NCBI RefSeq assembly: GCF_036663795.1
Contig: NZ_JAXOJP010000007.1
Location: 93,882 to 157,881 of the forward strand
Reading direction: 5' to 3'
DNA length: 64,000 nt
Origin: Sphingomonas sp. RT2P30
GTDB taxonomy: Bacteria; Pseudomonadota; Alphaproteobacteria; Sphingomonadales; Sphingomonadaceae
Position 1 is the stretch's first letter; each line of letters opens with the position of its first letter. Position numbers and translations under genes: made by a program. Positions 40,537-50,465 of this stretch are shown here, piece after piece. The notes below the pieces were generated by a model. It was not told the DNA's origin. It did not search any database and was given only the letters and a program-made list of their open reading frames with translations.

Positions 40537-41487
40537 TCACGATATCCCGGTCTGCGCGGCATTGATATCGGTCAAGCGGGTTGGCGGCGGCGATACCGTC
40601 AACTCGCCATGTTCGGCAAGGGCCGCCGCCAGCGGCGGGGCGATCGCGATGCTGGCTGTCGGCCCGGCGATCGTATCGGTCGCGCGGATGCGGGCGATGC
40701 CGCCTTCGGCCAGCGCGCGCAGATCGTCGGGGCGCGCGAGACAATGGGTGGCGCAGGCCTCGATCGATGCGGCGCCCGCCGCCTGGAGCAGCGCGGCGCA
40801 GCGGAGCAGCGTTGCGCCGCTGGAGATCACGTCATCGACCAGCACGACATGGCGGCCGCGGACACAGTGGATGCCGTCGATCGTCAGCTCGACCTCCCGG
40901 TCGCCGAGGCGGCGCTTGGTACCGACCAGCACCGCGAGGCCGAGCGGCGCGGCGACCGATTCGACCCAGGGGCGCGATTCGGCGTCGGGGCCGACCAGGA
41001 TGGCGTCGTGCGGGAGATCGCCGCGCAGCGTCTCGGCGAGGGTCGTTGCCGCCGACACGGTGATGGCGGTGATGCCGGGCACCACCTCGGCCAGCGTGTG
41101 CACGCGGTGGAGGTGCGGATCGACCGTGACCAGCGCATCGACATGGCCGGCGAGCAACCTGCCGATGACGCGCTGGCTGACGGCCTCGCCGGGGTGGAAG
41201 GCCGCGTCCTGGCGCATGTAACCGAGATAGGGCGCGACGAGCACGATGTGCGACGCGCCGCGATCACGCAGCGCCGACACCGCGAGCAGCAGCTCGACCA
41301 GCCTGTCGTTGGGATGATCGAGCGAGCGATAGAGGATTGCGGTCGGCGTGGTCGGGGCGACGGTGACGAGCGATTCGCCGTCGGGGAAGCGGCGGGTGTC
41401 GATCGGTCGGCAGGCGATGCCGAGCAGATCGGCGAGACGCTGTGCCGCCGAGAGAGATTCGGCAAAGGCGTGGAGCGTTGCGGTCAT
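40537..41487 (-). CDS. Ribose-phosphate pyrophosphokinase-like protein (PRPP synthetase homologue)
   Basis: PRTase-type fold with the PRPP-binding loop VVLVDDVISSGATL. Overlaps the upstream thymidine-phosphorylase-like gene by 4 nt. Confidence 0.75.
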   Translation of the reverse strand: MTATLHAFAESLSAAQRLADLLGIACRPIDTRRFPDGESLVTVAPTTPTAILYRSLDHPNDRLVELLLAVSALRDRGASHIVLVAPYLGYMRQDAAFHPGEAVSQRVIGRLLAGHVDALVTVDPHLHRVHTLAEVVPGITAITVSAATTLAETLRGDLPHDAILVGPDAESRPWVESVAAPLGLAVLVGTKRRLGDREVELTIDGIHCVRGRHVVLVDDVISSGATLLRCAALLQAAGAASIEACATHCLARPDDLRALAEGGIARIRATDTIAGPTASIAIAPPLAAALAEHGELTVSPPPTRLTDINAAQTGIS

Positions 41488-42968
41488 GCCAGCAGCCGAT
41501 AGCCATTATTCTCGGCGGCGAGATCGGTGGCGAAGGCCAGCCCGGCGTCGGATTCGGCATGGATGCGGTAGAGCGGATCGCCGCGACGCACAGGGTCGCC
41601 GATCTTGCGCAGCAGGTCGATCCCCGCGCCCTTGTCCATCGGCGCGCCAGCGAGTCGCGCGATGCGCGCGATCAGGTGGCAGTCGATCGCGACGACCGAG
41701 CCGTCGATATTCGCCGGTATCTCGTGACGCAGCGCGCCCGGCGCGTGGACGACCGGCTGCGCGCCCTGCGCGGCGACGATGCGTTCCATCGCGGCGAGCG
41801 CCTTGCCCGAGGCGAGCAGGTCGAGCGCGCGGGCGTAACCGCGGCCGCCGGTGAGATCGGGATCGAAATCGAGCACGCGGCCGGCGAGCATCAGCGCCCG
41901 CTCGCGCAGGTCGGCCGGCGCGTCGGCATCGTTGCGCAGTACCGCCATGACGTCGCGCGCCTCGAGCACCGGGCCGATCCCGCGGCCGACGGGCTGGGTG
42001 CCGTCGGTCAGGATCACGTCGATCGTCAGCCCGACCTTGTGCGCGACATATTCGAACAGCTTGCGCAGCCGCACCGCCTCGCTCTGGCTGCGGAACTTGG
42101 CGCTGGGGCCGACGGGGATGTCGATGACCATGTGCGTCGAGCCGGCGGCGAGTTTCTTCGACAGGATCGAGGCGACCATCTGTTCGGGCGTGTCGATGCT
42201 CAGCGGGCGTTCGACCGAGATCAGCACGTCGTCGGCCGGCGACAGGTTCATCCGCCCGCCCCAGGCCAGCACGGCCTTTTCCTGCGCGACGATCGCGCGG
42301 ATGCGCTCCGCGGTGAGATCGACATTGGCGAGCACCTCCATCGTATCGGCCGTGCCCGAGGGCGAGGTAATCGCACGCGACGAGGTCTTGGGCATGATCA
42401 GGCCGTGCGCGGCGACGATCGGCACGACGATCATCGACGTGCGATTGCCGGGCACCCCGCCGATGCAATGTTTGTCGACTACCAGCGGCGCATGCCAGTC
42501 GAGCCGGCTGCCGACATCGGCCATTGCGCGGGTCAGCGCGAGCGTCTCCTGCGTCGTCATGAAACCGGCACAGGCGACGAGGAAGGCGCCAATCTCCATC
42601 GGCGAATAACGCCAAGCGGCGATATCGACGATGATCGCGCCGATCTCGCTATCGCTGAGCACGTCGCCGCCGATCTTGCGGCGCACCGCCTCGAGGCTGC
42701 GTGGCGGCCTGGCCTGGGCGATGCCAACGCTCGCGCCCTCGGGCAGGTCGAGCCGGCGAAAGGCCTGTTCGCCAAGGCCGATCTCGCCCGCCCCGACGAT
42801 CGCCGGATCGTCGCTGATCGCCAGCGTTGCGAGGATGGCGCGGTCGTCGCCGGCGATCTCGATCTTGCGCAGCGCGAGGAATTGCTCGGGGCCATAGCCA
42901 TCGGACGAACGCAGCAGGAACGCCGTGTTCTCGGGGTGCGTATCGATCGCGACGCGCCTGATCTTCAT
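41484..42968 (-). CDS. Thymidine phosphorylase family protein (putative nucleoside/AMP phosphorylase)
   Basis: Pyrimidine-nucleoside phosphorylase motifs (DKHCIGGVPGNRTS; TSSRAITSPSGTADTME). The real start is MKIRRVAID. Confidence 0.8.
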   Translation of the reverse strand: MKIRRVAIDTHPENTAFLLRSSDGYGPEQFLALRKIEIAGDDRAILATLAISDDPAIVGAGEIGLGEQAFRRLDLPEGASVGIAQARPPRSLEAVRRKIGGDVLSDSEIGAIIVDIAAWRYSPMEIGAFLVACAGFMTTQETLALTRAMADVGSRLDWHAPLVVDKHCIGGVPGNRTSMIVVPIVAAHGLIMPKTSSRAITSPSGTADTMEVLANVDLTAERIRAIVAQEKAVLAWGGRMNLSPADDVLISVERPLSIDTPEQMVASILSKKLAAGSTHMVIDIPVGPSAKFRSQSEAVRLRKLFEYVAHKVGLTIDVILTDGTQPVGRGIGPVLEARDVMAVLRNDADAPADLRERALMLAGRVLDFDPDLTGGRGYARALDLLASGKALAAMERIVAAQGAQPVVHAPGALRHEIPANIDGSVVAIDCHLIARIARLAGAPMDKGAGIDLLRKIGDPVRRGDPLYRIHAESDAGLAFATDLAAENNGYRLLA

Positions 42969-42990
42969 CCTGGTCACCGCCGGCCGCGCC

Positions 42991-44598
42991 TCACGGATGA
43001 TGGCGCCGCGCCTTCTGCTCGGCGCGGGCATCGATATAGCTGGCGAGCACGGCGCGCATCTCGGCCACGGCCTTTTCGCGTGCCCGGGCATCCTCGATCC
43101 GCGACAGCTCGCGTTTCAGGCTGGTGGCGAAATCGGCATAGCTGTTCTCCCAGTCGCGCCCGACGACCTGCTGCAGCTGCGGGTCGGCGGTCTTGATCCG
43201 CGTCGCGCGGGTCGCGGGCTGCAGGCGGTAGACCTCGCCGATCTCGGGGACGAGGATCGCCGCGGCGAGGTCCTGCGACGTGGCGAGCCCGCGCAGCGCC
43301 TCGATCGCGCCGGCCTCGCCATGCGACAGGAACAGGCTGCCGGTAATCGGGCGCCGGGCGGCGATCCAAGCGAGCAGGCCCTGCTGGTCGGCATGCGCGG
43401 AATAGCTTTCGATGCGGCGGATCGTCGCGCGCACGACGATGTCCTCGCCCCAGATGCGCACGCGTTCGGCACCGTCGAGGATCACGCGGCCGAGCGACCC
43501 TTCGGCCTGGAAGCCGACGAACAGGATCGTGGCCTCGCGCTTGTAGAGATTGTGGATCAGGTGGTGGCGGATGCGCCCGGCCTCGCACATGCCCGACGCC
43601 GCCATGATGATCGCGCCCGACACGCTGTTGAGGCGGATCGATTCGGCGGTCGCGTCGACGAAGTGGAAGGCGGTGTTGTGGAAGATGTTGCCGCCCTCCA
43701 TGTCCTTGAGCGTGTCGGCATAGCGGGCGAAGACGCGCGTCGCCTGGTTGGCGAGCGGTGAATCGACGAACACCGGCACCGCCGGGATGCGCTTGGCGTC
43801 GAGCAGCGCGGCGAGGTCGAGCAGCAGCTCCTGCGTCCGCTCGAGCGCGAAGACGGGGATGATCAGGTTGCCGCCGCGCGCGAGCGCCGCCTTGACCTCG
43901 GTTTCCAGCAGCGTCCGGCGGTCGGCGAGGGTGAGGTCCTCGCGCGTGCGATCGCCATAGGTCGATTCGCAGATGACATGGTCGAAACCGGCCGGGCTTT
44001 CCGGATCGGGATAAAAGGCCTTGTTCTCGGGGCCGATATCGCCCGAGCACAGCAGATGCGTGTCGTCGACGATCATCTCGACCGAGGCCGAGCCGAGGAT
44101 ATGCCCGGCATTCCACAGCCGCGCGCGGAACCCCGGCACGGGCTCGAACCATGTTTCCAACGGGATGGCGCGGGTCTGTTTCCACGCGGCGATGGCATCC
44201 TGTTCGGTGTAGATCGGCTCGATCGCGGGCTGGTCGGCGCGGTCCTTGCGGCGATTGCGGCGGGCGGCATCGCCTTCCTGGATGCGGCCGGCATCGGCGA
44301 GCATGAATTCGAGCAGCGCGGCGGTCTGTTCGGTGCACCAGATGTCGCCGGCAAAGCCCTCGGCGACGAGCCGGGGGAGCAACCCGCTATGGTCGATATG
44401 GGCATGGGTGAGGATGACGGCATCGACCTTCTCCGCGTCGAACGCGAATGGCGCCCGATTGAGCGTCTCAAGCGTGCGCGAGCCCTGGAACAGCCCGCAA
44501 TCGACCAGCACGCGCTTGCCGGCGTGGCAGAATTCCATGCACGAGCCGGTCACGGTGCGGGCCGCGCCGTGAAAGGCGAGGGTCAAGCCGTCGGTCAT
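42991..44598 (-). CDS. MBL-fold metallo-hydrolase of the beta-CASP (RNA-metabolising) type
   Basis: HxHxDH motif (LTHAHIDHSG) and beta-CASP C-terminal motifs. The real start is MTDGLTLAFHGAA. Confidence 0.8.
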   Translation of the reverse strand: MTDGLTLAFHGAARTVTGSCMEFCHAGKRVLVDCGLFQGSRTLETLNRAPFAFDAEKVDAVILTHAHIDHSGLLPRLVAEGFAGDIWCTEQTAALLEFMLADAGRIQEGDAARRNRRKDRADQPAIEPIYTEQDAIAAWKQTRAIPLETWFEPVPGFRARLWNAGHILGSASVEMIVDDTHLLCSGDIGPENKAFYPDPESPAGFDHVICESTYGDRTREDLTLADRRTLLETEVKAALARGGNLIIPVFALERTQELLLDLAALLDAKRIPAVPVFVDSPLANQATRVFARYADTLKDMEGGNIFHNTAFHFVDATAESIRLNSVSGAIIMAASGMCEAGRIRHHLIHNLYKREATILFVGFQAEGSLGRVILDGAERVRIWGEDIVVRATIRRIESYSAHADQQGLLAWIAARRPITGSLFLSHGEAGAIEALRGLATSQDLAAAILVPEIGEVYRLQPATRATRIKTADPQLQQVVGRDWENSYADFATSLKRELSRIEDARAREKAVAEMRAVLASYIDARAEQKARRHHP

Positions 44599-44910
44599 GC
44601 GGCGACCGACGATAATGAAGACCGACGGCGCCGTGCGGCGCGTGACGCAGTATCGTGATCGGCCATGCCTGCACTCTCCCAATAGCCCGAACCTAGGCGG
44701 CCCGGACGGCGCGCATCATGCGTAGAAACCCGGACCTCGGGCCAGGGCCGGGGCCGGCGCGGGTAACGGCACGGTGCGAGCGCAGAGGCTCGACCTTGGT
44801 GGAAACCGCAAAGGCGGCGATAGGCATGTGGCTCTAAAACGGGCGGGCAGCGTTACCGTCGTCGCGCACGCGACGCGCATCACCGATGGCAAACGACGAA
44901 GGGACACAGC

Positions 44911-46200
44911 GTGGTCGAACGAGCGAAGCTGGATTTCTACAAACAGGTGCTGCGGCCCGACCCGTCGCGCACCGTCGTGCGGCCGTTCGAACTGGGATAT
45001 CCGGCTGGGTTCGACACGGGACCGTCGCGCAACCAGCAGATCGTCGACCGCATCCTGACGCTCGACGACGCCGAACTGGCGCGTCAGTTCATCGGCGTCA
45101 GCGAATCGCTCGACGAACATCATCGCGATGTCGACGCGATGCTGATGCGGCGCTTCGACCAGATCGCCGGAGGGCTGTCGAACGTCGCCGACATCAATCC
45201 CGACCAGCGTCGGCTGATCGGCGCCTATCTCAGCGAGGAATATGCCTATGAGGCAGCAGCGCTGTTCAACCCGAGCATCGTGCTGCATCCTGACCAGTCG
45301 GGGCTGACGGCGGGCGCGCTGCGATTCGTCATGTCGCTGCGCGGCATCGGCGAGGGGCATGTCTCGTCGGTCACATTCCGCACGGGCACCTGGACGCCGG
45401 GCGGCGAGTTGCTGGTCGAGGCGGCCGGCGAGAGCTCGGTGGCACCGATCGTCGCCGCGGACACGGGCGATGGCGATGCCGTGATCAACCTGCATTGCGG
45501 CGGCAGTCAGTCGATTTCCGAGACGGTGTTGTATCCGCTGTTGCCGAGCCAGAGGCAGGGCATCGAGGATGTGCGGCTGGTGCGTTTCGTCGAGGATGAC
45601 GGCAGCGTCGTCTATCACGGCACCTATACCGCGTTCAGCGGCGCCGCAGTGCGATCGGAACTGCTCAGCGGGACCGATTTCCGCTCGTTCGAAATGCGCG
45701 CGCTGACCGGCAGCGCCGCGAGCGGCAAGGGCATGGCGCTGTTCCCGCGCAAGGTCGGCGGGCGCTATGCAATGCTCGGCCGGCAGGACAATGAGAATAT
45801 CTGGCTGCATCTGTCGGACGACGTGCTGCACTGGGAGGGCGGCGAGAAGATCGTCAAGCCGTGCTACCCGTGGGAATTCGTCCAGATGGGCAATTGCGGC
45901 TCGCCGACCGAGATCGACGAGGGCTGGCTGGTGATGACGCATGGCGTCGGCACGGTGCGCAATTACTGCGTCGGGGCCTGTCTGCTCGACAAGGATGACC
46001 CGACCAAGCTGCTCGCGCGCACGCCGCGCCCGGTGCTTGCGCCGAGTCCGCACGAACGCGACGGTTATGTCCCCAACGTCGTCTATAGCTGCGGCGCGCT
46101 GGTCGCGGGGAGGACGATGCTGCTACCCTATGCCGTTGCCGACAGCTTCACGGCATTCGCGACGGCTTCGATCGATAACCTGCTGTCGGTCATGGAGTAG
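44911..46200 (+). CDS. Glycoside hydrolase family 130-like protein (putative beta-mannoside phosphorylase/glycosidase)
   Basis: C-terminal GH130-type signature (YVPNVVYSCGALV...LLPYAVADSFTAFATASIDNLL). GTG start; the N-terminus is uncertain. Confidence 0.65.
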   Translation: MVERAKLDFYKQVLRPDPSRTVVRPFELGYPAGFDTGPSRNQQIVDRILTLDDAELARQFIGVSESLDEHHRDVDAMLMRRFDQIAGGLSNVADINPDQRRLIGAYLSEEYAYEAAALFNPSIVLHPDQSGLTAGALRFVMSLRGIGEGHVSSVTFRTGTWTPGGELLVEAAGESSVAPIVAADTGDGDAVINLHCGGSQSISETVLYPLLPSQRQGIEDVRLVRFVEDDGSVVYHGTYTAFSGAAVRSELLSGTDFRSFEMRALTGSAASGKGMALFPRKVGGRYAMLGRQDNENIWLHLSDDVLHWEGGEKIVKPCYPWEFVQMGNCGSPTEIDEGWLVMTHGVGTVRNYCVGACLLDKDDPTKLLARTPRPVLAPSPHERDGYVPNVVYSCGALVAGRTMLLPYAVADSFTAFATASIDNLLSVME

Positions 46201-46207
46201 CGCAAGC

Positions 46208-48025
46208 CTAGCCTCGCATACGCCGCGCAATCCACGCATCGCCCTGCGCCTGCAGGATCTCCAGCGGCAACCGGCCGCCGGCCAGCACCGCGTCGTGATA
46301 ATCCTTGATGTCGTATTTCGCGCCGAGCAGTTTCTGCGCCTTGTCGCGGATCGCGACGAAGGTCGAGTGGCCGAGCTTGTAGCTGCACGCCTGGCCGGGA
46401 TTGACGCAGTAGCGGTCGATCTCGCGGGTCGCGAAGCCGGGGGTTTCGCCCTGCGCGGTGACGAACAGGTCGATCGCGCGCTCGCGGCTCCAGCGATAAT
46501 GGTGCAAGCCGGTGTCGATGATGCAGCGGTGTGCGCGGAAAAGCTGCTCCTTGAGATAACCGAGCTGGCCGAGCGGATCGTCGTCATACATGCCGATCTC
46601 GTCGGCGAGCTGCTCGGCATAAAGCGCCCAACCTTCGGCATAGCCCGAAAAGCCGCTTGCCTTGCGGATCAGCGGCAGGTCGTTGTTGGAAAGTGCGAGG
46701 CCGCCCTCGAACTGATGGCCCGGCAACCCCTCGTGATAGATCACGGTCGGCAGCATGAATTTGGGCCATTCGCCCGAATCCTGGAAGTTGAAATAAACAT
46801 AGCCCGGGCGCGACCCGTCGAGCGACGGGCCCTGCGAAAAGGCCGAGGCGGCGCCGGCCTCGGTTTCCGGCGGCACGCGGCGCACCTCGAACTTGTAGGG
46901 CGGGATGCGCTTGAACACGCGCGGCAGGCGCTCGCGGATCGCGACCAGCCGCGCGTTGCAATAGGCGATCGCCTCGGCCTTGCCGGCATCGGTGTTGGGG
47001 AAGACCTGGCCGGGAAGATCGTGGATCGCCTTCAGCCGGTCGCCGACGCTGCCCGACGTCATGCCCTGCTTGCGCATGATGCCGTCCATCCGCGCGGTGA
47101 TCGCGGCGGCTTGGTCGAGGCCGAATCTGTGGACCTCCTGCGGGGGCAACCGGGTGGTCGTCGCGTTGCGCAGCTCCATGCGGTAAAAGGCGTCGCCGTC
47201 CTTGAGCTTCCACACGCCCGCGTCATGCGTGGCATGGCCGCGCGCCGCCGTCACCGCGTCGAACTGGCGGGTCAGCGCGGGGAGGATCTGCGCGTCGTGG
47301 AGCGCGGCGGCCCGGGTCGCGTAGCTGTCGGGCAGGCCCCTGGCGCGGGCGTGCGCGGCAAAGGACTGGATCAGGCGCGCGTCGGTTGCCGGGACCTTGA
47401 GCTTGCCGAGTTGGGTCAGCGTCAGGTCGAGCAGGAAATCGGCCGGCAGGACGTTCGCCGCCGCGTCGCGGGTGAAGCGCGTCGTGTTGGCGTCGAGCTG
47501 GCCGGCAAAGGCGGCAAGCCGCGACAGCCACGCCTCGGCATCGCCGGCGCTGTTGAGCGGGTGCTTGGTGTCGAGAAAGTCGGGGGTCGACTGATAGGCG
47601 CCGTTCTGCTGGCTGATGACATAGGGCGCGCCGGCATAGGCGAAATGGTCGGCGGCCGCGGCTGCGCGCCGGGCATAGAGCACCACGTCATAGTCGAGCC
47701 GGTCGGCGGGCGAGAGCGCCTTGCGATCGACCGCGAGCAGGCGCTTGATCTGGCTGGCGGTGAGCGCGCGGGAGGCGGCGCGGCCGGCCTCGCTGGCGTC
47801 GCTGAGCTTGCTGCGCAGATCGGCATTTTTGCCGGTGTCGAGGCCGAGAAGGGTCGCACTCTCGGGCCGCTGGCTCACCCCTTCGAAGAACAGCGTATCG
47901 AACAGCGTGGCGAGTTTCGGGTCGTGCGCCGGGGTCGCCGCGAGCGCTGCGGTGGGAAGCGTGAGCACGGCCCCGGCCGCCGCGCCGGAGCGGAGGATGG
48001 TGCGGCGGTCGATCGGCGTACTCAT
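46208..48025 (-). CDS. DUF885 family protein with a Tat signal
   Basis: Twin-arginine signal (DRRTILRSGAAAGAV). HExxH-like YHEGLPGHQFE region typical of DUF885. Confidence 0.8.
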   Translation of the reverse strand: MSTPIDRRTILRSGAAAGAVLTLPTAALAATPAHDPKLATLFDTLFFEGVSQRPESATLLGLDTGKNADLRSKLSDASEAGRAASRALTASQIKRLLAVDRKALSPADRLDYDVVLYARRAAAAADHFAYAGAPYVISQQNGAYQSTPDFLDTKHPLNSAGDAEAWLSRLAAFAGQLDANTTRFTRDAAANVLPADFLLDLTLTQLGKLKVPATDARLIQSFAAHARARGLPDSYATRAAALHDAQILPALTRQFDAVTAARGHATHDAGVWKLKDGDAFYRMELRNATTTRLPPQEVHRFGLDQAAAITARMDGIMRKQGMTSGSVGDRLKAIHDLPGQVFPNTDAGKAEAIAYCNARLVAIRERLPRVFKRIPPYKFEVRRVPPETEAGAASAFSQGPSLDGSRPGYVYFNFQDSGEWPKFMLPTVIYHEGLPGHQFEGGLALSNNDLPLIRKASGFSGYAEGWALYAEQLADEIGMYDDDPLGQLGYLKEQLFRAHRCIIDTGLHHYRWSRERAIDLFVTAQGETPGFATREIDRYCVNPGQACSYKLGHSTFVAIRDKAQKLLGAKYDIKDYHDAVLAGGRLPLEILQAQGDAWIARRMRG

Positions 48026-48079
48026 CGACGCAAGTTCCTCGGAGAAATTACCCTTCCCCCGGCGCAGGGAAGATTGTGC

Positions 48080-49987
48080 TCACCTGACCACGGGCAGGTC
48101 GATATAGCTTTCATCCGGTCCTGCAACCGTAACCTGTTGCGTCGCCTTCACATAATCCGCCGGCTTGGCAAAGAAGATGTTGGGCACGAACTTCTGCGGG
48201 TTGCGGTCGTAGAGCGGGAACCAGCTCGACTGGACCTGCACCATGATGCGGTGGCCGGGCAGGAAGACATGGTCCGACGCGGGCAGCGCGAACTGGTATT
48301 TGAGCGGCACGCCCGCGGCGAGCGGCTTGGCCTCGGCGAGGCTTTCGCGGTAGCGGCCGCGGAAGATGTCCATTGCGATGGCGAACTGATAGCCGCCCAT
48401 CGCACGATCGCCCGGCACCTGGTCGGGATAGACATCGATCAGCTTGACCACCCAGTCGCTGTCGGTGCCGCTGGTCGCGGCGGTGAGATGGATGACGGGC
48501 GTGCCGGCGATCTTGACCGGCGCGGTCAGCACCTCGCCGGTGAAGGTCAGCACGTCGGGGCGGCTCGACACGGGGCGCTGGTCGCTGGTCAGCCACGCCG
48601 TCCAGTGATCGCCGTCATAGCCGATCGGTGCGACCGGGCGCGAGACGAAGGTGACCGGCTTGGCGGGGTCGGAGACATAGTCGGCGGTCTGCGCCGCACC
48701 GCCTGCCGCGTCGAAACCGACCGTGCCGCCGGGCTTGAGGTAGAGCGGCGTGCCGCTGCGCGCCTCGGGCCAGCCCGGCAGCCGGCGCCATTCGTTGGTG
48801 CCGCTCTCGAACACAGTGACCGGTGCCACGTCCATCGCGGCGCCTTTGAGATAATGCGCGAGGAATGGCGCGAGGACATGGTGGCGCCACCATTTGGCGG
48901 TGTCCTGATCCCATTTGATCGCGCCGAGATTGCTGCCATTGGCGATTTCCTGACCGTGATACCACGGCCCCATCGACAGGAAGACCATGTCGCCGGCGCT
49001 GTCCTTGGGCTTGAGCGCGGCATAGACTGCGGTCGCGCCGTAGATATCCTCCTGGTCCCATTGCGAGGCGACGAGCATCATCGGCACCTTGAGCGGCTCC
49101 TTCGCCAGCACGCGGTCCATCGCCTGTTCCGACCAGAAGCTGTCATAGGCGGGGTGGGCGACGACCTTGCGCCACGTGCCGACCTGTTCGAGGCCGTGCT
49201 GGCGGCCGAGTTCGCCGGCCGATCCGGCATTCATATACTGGTCGTAATCGTCGGCGTAGTTCGACGTCCAGACGCTGGAATTGTCGCGGGTTGCGACCTG
49301 TTCCCAGACATAGGGCATGTTCATCTGGCGGAAGGCGCCATTGTGGAACCAGTCGTCGCCGCGCCAGCCATCGACCATCGGGTTCATCGGCACCGAGACC
49401 TTGAGCGCCGGGTGCGGGTTGATCGTCGCCATCAGCGGCAGGAAGCCGTCATAGGAAATGCCCATGATGCCGACCTTGCCGTTCGATTCGGGCAGGTGCT
49501 TCACCAGCCAGTCGATCGTGTCCCAGGTATCGGTGGAGTCGTCGGTTTTCGTCGGGTTGAGCGCGGTGCCGGCGCGCGGCGGGTTCATCATGTAGATGCC
49601 GCCCGAGCCATATTTGCCGCGCACGTCCTGGACGACGCGGATGTACCCGCCCTCGGTGATCACGTCATAGGCATTGTCATAGCCGTCGAGGATCGAGCCG
49701 AGATCGCCGCTATGCTGGTTCGCGGTCAGCCCCTCGGCATTATAGGGTGTGCGGGTGAAGATCACCGGCGCATCGTGCGCTCCCCTGGGGATCAGGATGA
49801 CGGTGTGGAGCTTGACCCCGTCGCGCATCGCGATGTCGACGGCGCGGCGCTCATAGTTCCAGCCGGGCGTCGCGGTGGTGACCGTGGCGGGGCGCTCGTC
49901 GGCGGCCTTGTCCGCGGCGGATTGGGCATGAGCGAGGGCCGGTGCCAACAGCATGGCGGACGCGGCAAGCATGGCGCGATAGTGCAT
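48080..49987 (-). CDS. CocE/NonD family hydrolase (X-Pro dipeptidyl-peptidase S15-like)
   Basis: Signal peptide, GxSYxG nucleophile motif (GISYDG), and a C-terminal beta-sandwich domain. Confidence 0.85.
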   Translation of the reverse strand: MHYRAMLAASAMLLAPALAHAQSAADKAADERPATVTTATPGWNYERRAVDIAMRDGVKLHTVILIPRGAHDAPVIFTRTPYNAEGLTANQHSGDLGSILDGYDNAYDVITEGGYIRVVQDVRGKYGSGGIYMMNPPRAGTALNPTKTDDSTDTWDTIDWLVKHLPESNGKVGIMGISYDGFLPLMATINPHPALKVSVPMNPMVDGWRGDDWFHNGAFRQMNMPYVWEQVATRDNSSVWTSNYADDYDQYMNAGSAGELGRQHGLEQVGTWRKVVAHPAYDSFWSEQAMDRVLAKEPLKVPMMLVASQWDQEDIYGATAVYAALKPKDSAGDMVFLSMGPWYHGQEIANGSNLGAIKWDQDTAKWWRHHVLAPFLAHYLKGAAMDVAPVTVFESGTNEWRRLPGWPEARSGTPLYLKPGGTVGFDAAGGAAQTADYVSDPAKPVTFVSRPVAPIGYDGDHWTAWLTSDQRPVSSRPDVLTFTGEVLTAPVKIAGTPVIHLTAATSGTDSDWVVKLIDVYPDQVPGDRAMGGYQFAIAMDIFRGRYRESLAEAKPLAAGVPLKYQFALPASDHVFLPGHRIMVQVQSSWFPLYDRNPQKFVPNIFFAKPADYVKATQQVTVAGPDESYIDLPVVR

Positions 49988-50085
49988 CGTCTGTTCCCCG
50001 TTTCGTCATGCCGAGCTTGCCTCGGCGCAATTGTGACGGCGACAGGTGTGCGGCAGCACGGACCCCGGAACAAGTCCAGGGTGCC

Positions 50086-50131
50086 GAAAAAGAAACGGCC
50101 CGCACTCCCCGTTGGGAGGCGGGCCGCTTTC
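50086..50131 (-). terminator. Rho-independent terminator of the M16-peptidase/small-ORF transcript
   Basis: Plus-strand stem cggcccgcactcccc / ggggagGcgggccg with a gtt loop. On the minus strand the hairpin is followed by TTTCTTTTTC. Confidence 0.7.
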
Positions 50132-50149
50132 ATCACCGGGTGATGGGTC

Positions 50150-50449
50150 TCAGGCGCGCGTACCCGTCATCGGGAAGCTGCCAAAGGCGCCGGCCTTGAC
50201 CGAGCCGGTCAGCGTGTCGCCGTCGATCGTCGCGCTGCAATCGAGCGTCATCGGCATCGGCACGGTGATCGACATGCTCCAGCTGATCGTGTTGCCGTCG
50301 ACCGTGCCGTTGGTGATGTCGGCGGTGCCCATCGCGCCGATCTGCTGCCCGGTCCAGCTGTTGCCGTCGCTCTTGACCGTGAGCGTCGCCTTCTGGTCGC
50401 CCATCGGCGACTTCACAACGGTCTCATAGGTTCCATCGACACCTGACAT
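50150..50449 (-). CDS. Small hypothetical protein (99 aa)
   Basis: Start MSGVDGTYET, preceded by an AGGAGAG Shine-Dalgarno sequence. It lies 17 nt downstream of the M16 peptidase gene. Gly/Thr/Ser-rich beta-type composition, no signal peptide. Confidence 0.5.
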   Translation of the reverse strand: MSGVDGTYETVVKSPMGDQKATLTVKSDGNSWTGQQIGAMGTADITNGTVDGNTISWSMSITVPMPMTLDCSATIDGDTLTGSVKAGAFGSFPMTGTRA

Positions 50450-50465
50450 CGCTCTCTCCTGAAAA

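Noticed and set aside
31067-44338. Other long antisense ORFs (31067-32515, 33062-34096, 34248-35633, 39079-40521, 41442-43196, 42974-44338)
   Set aside because: Each lies opposite a gene with clear family motifs and shows biased R/A/G/D composition. Rejected as non-coding.
45941-50143. 1400-aa plus-strand ORF
   Set aside because: Antisense to the DUF885 and CocE/NonD genes. Low-complexity R/G/A/D-rich translation with no motifs.
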